From Clostridiales bacterium (lineage in GTDB: Bacteria; Bacillota; Clostridia; Oscillospirales; CAG-382): DNA of 64,000 nt. The stretch spans positions 60,607 to 124,606 of the forward strand of contig QAKH01000079.1 of assembly GCA_003343885.1 (NCBI GenBank), given 5' to 3'. This document shows positions 54,423 to 60,800 of this stretch, in pieces. Within the stretch, counting starts at the first letter, position 1. Each line of letters opens with the position of its first letter. The notes under the pieces are model-generated. The model saw only the letters and a list, made by a program, of their open reading frames with translations, made no database searches and was not told where the DNA came from. The translations under genes and the position numbers were made by a program.

Positions 54423-57074
54423 ATGCGTACACTCCCGATACTTTTTGTTGCCTTGCTGCTCCTCGGAACCGCCGAAAATCTCCGGGCTCAGGAGCGAATA
54501 ATCATCAGCGGTACACTCCGCGATGCGGCGACGTCGCGTCCGGTGGAGAGTGCGAACGTGCTGTTGCAGGACACGGCCCGGCGTGCCGTGTACAATTATG
54601 CCATCACGGGCGACGACGGCGTCTACCGGCTCGAATATCGGGGCGATGCCGACTCGCTGGCGGTGGCGGTTACGGGATTCAACATCCATGAAGAGGTGCG
54701 TTTCGTCGCGGCACGGACGCAGCGGGTGGATTTCGCAGTCAGGGAAAACCCGACCGAAATTCGCGAAGTGATAGTCAGGGCTCCGGCCGTTACGCGCCGT
54801 CGGGATACGCTGACCTACACGGTGGCCAAATATGCCGACGTGACGGACCGCTCGATCGGGGACGTGCTGCGGAAGATGCCGGGCATCGAGGTGGCGAAGT
54901 CGGGCGAGGTCAAATACAACGGCAAGGCGATCAACAAATTCTACATCGAGGGTCTGGACATGCTCGAAGGGCGCTACGGCATCGCGACGAACAACGTGCG
55001 GGCACAGGACATCGCCTCGGTCGAGGTCTACGAGAACCACCAGCCGATCAAGGCGCTCAAGGACCTCGTCGCCTCGAACCAAGCGGCCCTGAATCTCAAG
55101 CTCAAGAAAGAGGCCAGGGGGACGTGGAACTCCACGCTCCAACTGGGCGCGGGCTACAAGCCGTGGATGTGGAACGCCGAGGCGACGGCGATGTACTTCG
55201 GCCGCAATTTCCAGACGATTGACACCTACAAGACCAACAACACGGGCGACGACGTCTCGCGCGAATTGACGAGTTTCTACGACGGTCTGGACGCCACCTC
55301 GTCGCTCTTGGGCATACACCGTCCGACCGAGCCTTCGCTCGACAAGGAACGGTACCTCGACAACGAGATCCATACCGTCTCGACGAACGCCATCGTCAAA
55401 TTGCGCAAGGATCTCGAACTGACGGCCAACGCCCATTACATCCACGATTTCCAGACCTCGGAGGGCGGGTCCATAACAACCTACTACCTGCCCGATGCCG
55501 TACCGCTCGTGATCGAGGAACAGACCTTTGCCGACCGCCGCACCGACCGCACGGAGGTGAACCTGCAGCTGCGCTCGAACACCGAGCGACACTACCTTCA
55601 GGAGAAGCTGACCTTCGGCGGTCAGTGGGACACCGACTACGGGCGGGTAGTGAACGACGGCGAGCGGGTCGACCAGCGCTTCCGGCTTCCGAAGATCACG
55701 CTGCGGAACCTCTTCACCGGCGTGCGGCGCTGGAGCCGCTGGGCGGTGAACTTCCGCTCGGAGACCGACTACACGACGCAACCGACGTCGCTGCGCATCC
55801 GCCCGATGCTCTACCCGGAAGTCTTCGACGCCCCGGCGGATTATCCCGATGCGCTCCAGACGCTCGACAGCCGGCGCTTCCGCACCCGTAACTCGGCCTT
55901 TACCTCCTATATCGTGGGGCGGTGGAATTTCACGCTCAATGCGGCGCTCAACGCGCAGGCGGAGCGTATGGAATCGGCACTCTCGGCCATGAACGCCGCG
56001 GGCGCAACCCTCCCGGCGCCCGACACCCTGCGCAACGACATCTACTGGCGGCGTCTGGACTTCGTCGCGGGGCCGAGCGTCGGCTACCATATCGGCGACC
56101 GCTTCTCGGCGACCCTCTATGTGCCGCTGGACTTCATGTCGCTGCGTACCGAAGACCGCAATCTCGGCCGGACCGTTACGGACAACCGCCTGCTCATCAC
56201 CCCATCGCTGTCGCTGCAGTCGAACCTCACCTACAACCTCAAGTTCTCGGCCCGGGCATCGTACAACGAGCTGATCGGCGGACTGTACGACACTTACAGC
56301 GGCTACATCCTCTCCGACTACCGGATGATCGCCAGCAAGGAGGGCGACATCAGCCGCACGCGCATGCAGAACTATACGGCGTCGCTCACCTACGGCAATG
56401 CCATCCGCGCACTGTTCGGTTCGATCGACGCATCCTACTATCGCTCCGAGCGCAACCTTATCTACGGCACGACATACGAAGGGTCGTTGAGCCGCATCGA
56501 GGCCATTGCGATGGACAACAGCTCGGACGGCTTCAGCGTCAGCGGCAAGATCAGCAAGCGTTTCGACGGCATCTCGACGACGGCGAACCTCTCGGGAGGG
56601 TTCTCGCGCTCGTGGAGCGAGGTGCTGCGGCAGGGGGTGCTGATGCCGACCCGCTACGACATGGCCTCGGCCGGGCTGGGCTTCAATACGCAGTTCACGA
56701 ATGCCGTGCGGATGGATTATACGGCGGAATACCGACGCAGCATGAGCCGGATCGACGGTGCGGCGCTCGATCCGATCGACGTGCTGCGGCAGGATGTCGC
56801 GGTGAACTTCATCATCCGCAAGCGTTGGATCTGCCGCCTCGGAGGCGAACACTATTACAATGCCGCAATCGGCGGGACGGACCGGCACATGTTTTTCCTC
56901 GACGCCTCGCTCACATGGAAAACCGAGCGCATGGAGTACGGCATCGAAGCCCGGAACCTGCTGGACTGCGGTGCGTTCCGCTCTGCTTTCCAGTCCGATA
57001 TTACGGATTACGTATATTCCTACCGTCTGCGACCTGCATCGGTGATGTTCACGATCAAGTTCAGTTTGAGATAA
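54423..57074 (+). CDS. TonB-dependent-receptor-like outer-membrane barrel with a carboxypeptidase-regulatory-like N-domain
   Basis: The Met at 54423 gives a signal peptide (MRTLPILFVALLLLGTAENLRAQ). An IISGTLRD...DGVYRLEY Ig-like domain follows. A plug-like segment is present (SIGDVLRKMPGIEV...KFYIEGLDM). The long remainder has an alternating beta-pattern and ends in an aromatic-containing terminal strand (VMFTIKFSLR). Confidence 0.7.
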   Translation: MRTLPILFVALLLLGTAENLRAQERIIISGTLRDAATSRPVESANVLLQDTARRAVYNYAITGDDGVYRLEYRGDADSLAVAVTGFNIHEEVRFVAARTQRVDFAVRENPTEIREVIVRAPAVTRRRDTLTYTVAKYADVTDRSIGDVLRKMPGIEVAKSGEVKYNGKAINKFYIEGLDMLEGRYGIATNNVRAQDIASVEVYENHQPIKALKDLVASNQAALNLKLKKEARGTWNSTLQLGAGYKPWMWNAEATAMYFGRNFQTIDTYKTNNTGDDVSRELTSFYDGLDATSSLLGIHRPTEPSLDKERYLDNEIHTVSTNAIVKLRKDLELTANAHYIHDFQTSEGGSITTYYLPDAVPLVIEEQTFADRRTDRTEVNLQLRSNTERHYLQEKLTFGGQWDTDYGRVVNDGERVDQRFRLPKITLRNLFTGVRRWSRWAVNFRSETDYTTQPTSLRIRPMLYPEVFDAPADYPDALQTLDSRRFRTRNSAFTSYIVGRWNFTLNAALNAQAERMESALSAMNAAGATLPAPDTLRNDIYWRRLDFVAGPSVGYHIGDRFSATLYVPLDFMSLRTEDRNLGRTVTDNRLLITPSLSLQSNLTYNLKFSARASYNELIGGLYDTYSGYILSDYRMIASKEGDISRTRMQNYTASLTYGNAIRALFGSIDASYYRSERNLIYGTTYEGSLSRIEAIAMDNSSDGFSVSGKISKRFDGISTTANLSGGFSRSWSEVLRQGVLMPTRYDMASAGLGFNTQFTNAVRMDYTAEYRRSMSRIDGAALDPIDVLRQDVAVNFIIRKRWICRLGGEHYYNAAIGGTDRHMFFLDASLTWKTERMEYGIEARNLLDCGAFRSAFQSDITDYVYSYRLRPASVMFTIKFSLR

Positions 57075-57084
57075 GCGATATAAA

Positions 57085-58629
57085 ATGAATATGAATCGTA
57101 CCATACCGTCTTTGCTGCATCTTTTTCTGCGAAAGCTGTGCATGCGCATCGACCTGCTTCGGATTCGGGAGGCGTATGCCGACCATCCTCTGCCGCGCAG
57201 CATCCGGTCGCTCAGCGACACGCTGGATGAGTTGCATGTACCCAACATGGTATGCCGACTGGAGTTCGGGCAGCTCTTCGAGATCGAGGGTCCGTTTGTC
57301 GTCAAGGCAGGAGAGGAGGAATATCCTTTCTTTCTGGTAGAATCGCTCGACCGCGAGCGGCAGGTGATCGGTCTGCGCACGGTTGCGGGCCGGCGTCTCG
57401 AAGTTCCGTTCGATAGCTTCCGCGCACTATGGGACGGCACGGTGCTCTTGGCTGAAAGAGGCGAAGAGACGAAAGAGACCTCCGTACCGGTATATTGGAT
57501 CAGGCAGGGGTTGGCGTTTCTCGACCGGTCATGGGGCTATTGGCTCGTCGGGCTGTGTGCCGTGCTGCCGTCGGTCATCGCGCTGCGTTCGCCCGACCTT
57601 GCGGATTCCCGTTTCTTAGTAAAAACGGCGGGCGTCGTCGTTTCGCTCGTGGCCATCGTCAAAGCCTCGTTCGACCCGCATCTTGTGCAGCGGTTCTGCC
57701 GTCTCGGGAAACATTCGGATTGCAATGCGGTTTTCCGTTCGGCCGGGGCGAAGCTCTTCGGATGGATCTCGCTCGGCGAATTGTCGTTGACTTATTTTGT
57801 CGCATCGCTCGTATGGGGCGTATTCGTAGCGACGAATCCCGCGTCTGTATTCCTCGGGCTCGACATATTGGCATTGCCGTTCGTCGGCTATTCGCTGATT
57901 TGGCAAATCCGCCGGAGACAGTGGTGTACGCTGTGTCTTGCGATCGATGCCATCCTACTGACCGATTTCGGGGCGGAATTGCTTCTTCAGAATACTGCGA
58001 CAGCAGCCAGTCGGCCGTTCCTGCTTTTCGACTGGCTGACTTTCGGTGTGTGTTTCGCTATCGCAATGCTGGCTATACGGCGCATCGTCGTGACGGTAGA
58101 AGTCGCGGCGAAATATCCCCGCGAAAAGTATGCACGAGAGCGTTTGTTGTGCGACCCGGACCTCTTTTGGCAGTTGCTCGCCCGTCAGAACGAGGAGCCG
58201 GTTCACAGCGATGCCGCGTCTCCGACAAGCAATTTCGTCGAGGCCGAACATACCATAACGGTCGTAATGAATCCTTCTTGCCCGAAATGCGCCCGGGTCC
58301 ACCGGGCATTCCGTGGATTGGAAGATTATCGTATCGACTTGATATTTATCGTGAACGAAGGAGACAAGAGTTCCTTCGATGCGGCAGTGCGGATGATTTC
58401 ATCGGGGATTGTGAACGAATGGCCCCGAACCGACCGGATCATCGGCGAATGGTTCGACCGGAGAGTATTGCCGGATTGGCTCGGAATACATCCGTTAGCG
58501 GAGGCGGATTTACGGGAGCAGATGGAATACTGCCGCAAGATCGGCATTACGGGAACTCCGACGGTACTTATAGACAACCGACGTTTGCCGGACGTGTATG
58601 ACGTCGAAGATTTGAAAATATTATTATGA
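57085..58629 (+). CDS. Three-part fusion: C39-like (non-catalytic) N-domain, VKOR membrane domain and thioredoxin/DsbA-like domain
   Basis: The N-domain PFVVKAGEEEYPFFLVESLDRE...FRALWDGTVLLAE resembles the C39 fold but lacks the Cys/His motifs. The VKOR loop Cys pair is CRLGKHSDC and the active-site pair is CTLC, within 4-5 TM helices. The C-terminus has NPSCPKC (CxxC). Confidence 0.7.
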   Translation: MNMNRTIPSLLHLFLRKLCMRIDLLRIREAYADHPLPRSIRSLSDTLDELHVPNMVCRLEFGQLFEIEGPFVVKAGEEEYPFFLVESLDRERQVIGLRTVAGRRLEVPFDSFRALWDGTVLLAERGEETKETSVPVYWIRQGLAFLDRSWGYWLVGLCAVLPSVIALRSPDLADSRFLVKTAGVVVSLVAIVKASFDPHLVQRFCRLGKHSDCNAVFRSAGAKLFGWISLGELSLTYFVASLVWGVFVATNPASVFLGLDILALPFVGYSLIWQIRRRQWCTLCLAIDAILLTDFGAELLLQNTATAASRPFLLFDWLTFGVCFAIAMLAIRRIVVTVEVAAKYPREKYARERLLCDPDLFWQLLARQNEEPVHSDAASPTSNFVEAEHTITVVMNPSCPKCARVHRAFRGLEDYRIDLIFIVNEGDKSSFDAAVRMISSGIVNEWPRTDRIIGEWFDRRVLPDWLGIHPLAEADLREQMEYCRKIGITGTPTVLIDNRRLPDVYDVEDLKILL

Positions 58630-58645
58630 CAGAGGTCTTATCATG

Positions 58646-58744
58646 TCCCGAAGTCCTGCCCGCTCCGGGATATGAAAAACCTTCCCGCGAAAAAGAAAAA
58701 CCGAGTGTGACAGCTCATAAGTTCAACTAAAATGCAGAAAGGCA
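58646..58744 (+). repeat. Precursor-upstream element, copy 6 (core 58695..58744)
   Basis: Core gaaaaaccgagtgtgacagctcataagttcaactaaaatgcagaaaggca. It ends 121 nt before the ATG at 58866. Confidence 0.85.
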
Positions 58745-58865
58745 CCGCAAAAGTAACATTATTTTCCGGATTAACGGAATGTTATCCGGGAAACGACGGT
58801 TATAGGACATCCGTCGAAACGAAAAAGTCTGGAAACTTTTTGTTTCATACTCAAAAACTACAATT

Positions 58866-59084
58866 ATGAGAACCATGAAAAATTTTGCTGCACAGCAGCT
58901 CTCGATGCAGCAGATGATGCAAATCCTCGGAGGAAAGTATCAAGTCAGTGTTTATGCAGCAGATGGACGTTTCCTCAATCGTATTACCGTTGACGGTGTG
59001 AGCAGTTCCCGCGAAGCTGCAGAATTGGTGCTTTCTCTCTATGGGCCGGGACATTATGCGATTGCCGGTCGTATAGTAGAATAG
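58866..59084 (+). CDS. GG-leader peptide precursor B3 (23-aa leader, 49-aa Cys-free core)
   Basis: MRTMKNFAAQQLSMQQMMQILGG | KYQVSVYAADGRF...AIAGRIVE. Confidence 0.8.
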   Translation: MRTMKNFAAQQLSMQQMMQILGGKYQVSVYAADGRFLNRITVDGVSSSREAAELVLSLYGPGHYAIAGRIVE

Positions 59085-59094
59085 TTCGTATCAA

Positions 59095-59129
59095 GGTTTA
59101 AGGCAACTTTTCATTGGTTGCCTTAAACC
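59095..59129 (+). terminator. 13-bp hairpin just after precursor B3
   Basis: ggtttaaggcaac-ttttcattg-gttgccttaaacc. Confidence 0.5.
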
Positions 59130-59157
59130 GATTTGCTCTTGTTCAATATCTATTCCA

Positions 59158-60030
59158 ATGAAACAGTTTATCTTAATCGTATTCTTAATCCATGCGGGAC
59201 TCTCATCTGCCCAAGACCGGTTTTTCTATCTCGGGCAGCCGTATATCTACAAGGATTCAGTGTTGCTCGATCAAAGTCGGTTGAATCTGATCTATCGGCA
59301 CGAATTCCGTGTCGACACATCCGCTTCGCCGATGTGGAGTAATGTGAAGATGCAGGTCGGACGGAAGGTCGTCAAGCAGACCGACCTGCATGTCTATTTT
59401 ACGAATCTATGGCGTAAAATCTCGGAGGAGACTCCCGGCATCGTGCCGGATCGAGAGCAGGCGGAGTTGATATCGAACGGGAATTGCAATCATCCATATT
59501 TTGCAGAAATGACGATGTTCCCATCCGAGAACGCACTACGGATTACGTGCTGCAATTACCTTCTGGGAAGCCACTCCGGTCCGTTTGTCTATGACGAATC
59601 CATCCCGGAGATGGAATGGCAACTGCTCGACGGTGCAGACAGCGTGGCCGGTTATGCGTGCAAAATCGCCCAGACCCACTTTCGGGGAAGGGTTTGGAAA
59701 GCGTGGTATACGCTACAAATTCCTATCCCTACAGGTCCGTGGAAACTACACGGATTGCCGGGAATCATTCTACGCGCTGTCGATCAAACAGGAACCTACT
59801 CTTTTGAGTGTATCGGAATCGAAACTGACCCGCAGTCGATATACGAGTATGTCCCGATGAGGTCGACGGCCGTAACGCGCACTCAATATCTGCGCTACGA
59901 GCGCAGGTATCATGAAGACCCGCAAAGCGTGCGGGGCGATGCTGCCGATATTTTCAAACTGGGACAAGACGGTGTAACGAATATCGATACCGATTGGCAA
60001 ATCCCGTATTATCCGATAGAATTTGAATAA
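59158..60030 (+). CDS. GLPGLI-family secreted protein
   Basis: Signal peptide MKQFILIVFLIHAGLSSAQ. The signature is GYACKIAQTHFRGRVWKAWYTLQIPIPTGPWKLHGLPGIILRA. Confidence 0.75.
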   Translation: MKQFILIVFLIHAGLSSAQDRFFYLGQPYIYKDSVLLDQSRLNLIYRHEFRVDTSASPMWSNVKMQVGRKVVKQTDLHVYFTNLWRKISEETPGIVPDREQAELISNGNCNHPYFAEMTMFPSENALRITCCNYLLGSHSGPFVYDESIPEMEWQLLDGADSVAGYACKIAQTHFRGRVWKAWYTLQIPIPTGPWKLHGLPGIILRAVDQTGTYSFECIGIETDPQSIYEYVPMRSTAVTRTQYLRYERRYHEDPQSVRGDAADIFKLGQDGVTNIDTDWQIPYYPIEFE

Positions 60031-60048
60031 AAGATAAATTTATACCAT

Positions 60049-60128
60049 TTCCCCACTACACCCAACTCGGTGTCATGGATTGCTGCCTGACGTCGCTGCG
60101 GATCGTCGCGCAGTTCTACGGCCGGCAC
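60049..60128 (+). pseudogene. Decayed duplicate of the first ~80 nt of the C39-ABC transporter gene
   Basis: It aligns to 60807..60887 with one indel and about 8 substitutions, and the last 39 nt (60089..60127 vs 60848..60886) are identical. The ATG is lost (ataccA vs atgagg). DCGPT has changed to DCCLT. It ends in TAA at the breakpoint. Confidence 0.8.
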
Positions 60129-60800
60129 TAAGAGATTTCTGAACGCGTGAGAAGATAGACGATCTGAGCCTTCGGGTTGGTTATAACTTCAGCTATCTAA
60201 GCCGATACTGTTTAGGGGTTCAGTTATTCTGAGCCCTTTATCTTGAGAATAGGTAGACAAATGCACTTCCTTGGAAAAGGTATTTTGATTCACCTCTACA
60301 TCATTTCTGTTGTATGTATTTTTTGTATATCAATATAATTATTTAATTTTAATTCAAAACACATTTAGGTTTGCCAATAAATTCATTAAGGCAATAAATA
60401 TATATTTATCAGGTGATTACATTGTGCAAATCGCAAGATGTGTAATTTTTATAGGCAAATATAGTATATCTAAAATTATTTTTGTATATTCGTTCTCAGA
60501 TACTATTTATAGTTAATGATGAGCCATAATATTCACGTACCCCATTGTTGAGCATTGCTTATCCGTTACCCGATTCGGAGGTTAAGATCATCGGGTTCGG
60601 GGCATATCACGGTTCGGCGAAAACCGAGACTGCCGAACTTATTGTCCTCGAACGGTTGATCGAAGCAAAGCGGCTCGGCTGCCACTATAGATGTTTGGGA
60701 CAATCCTCTTAGATGTAATATGCTAATTACAGATACACTGAAGTTGATTGAATCTGATGTACATAAGATAATACGACACTAAACTATCGAAAATGTTTTT

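Noticed and set aside
54321-57440. 1039-aa ORF on the - strand spanning the TonB-like barrel and the start of the VKOR gene
   Set aside because: It is a shadow ORF of GC-rich coding DNA, with Arg/Val/His/Gly-rich low-complexity composition and no motifs. It is fully antisense to + strand genes that have clear signal-peptide, plug and VKOR signatures.
46048-58744. Possible conserved antisense micro-ORF (MPFCVLVELMSCRTRFCF...) encoded by the reverse strand of the 50-nt repeat cores
   Set aside because: The start codon is not conserved (ATG, GTG or CTG/none in different copies). The reading frame runs on for variable lengths into antisense of the upstream genes. Substitutions between copies show no third-position bias. 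The conservation is better explained at the nucleotide level.
46004-58744. Integron-like attC sites flanking gene cassettes (the core contains GTTCAAC, which fits RYYYAAC)
   Set aside because: No complementary GTTGAAC (R') partner is at an appropriate distance. No integron integrase or attI is present. The fixed distance to the downstream ATG argues for a promoter or leader role instead.
60310-60516. 68-aa hydrophobic ORF in the AT-rich insert upstream of the transporter (possible immunity peptide)
   Set aside because: Its composition simply mirrors very AT-rich DNA (Ile/Phe/Tyr/Asn/Lys). It has no clear start context, signal or TM pattern, and nothing supports translation.
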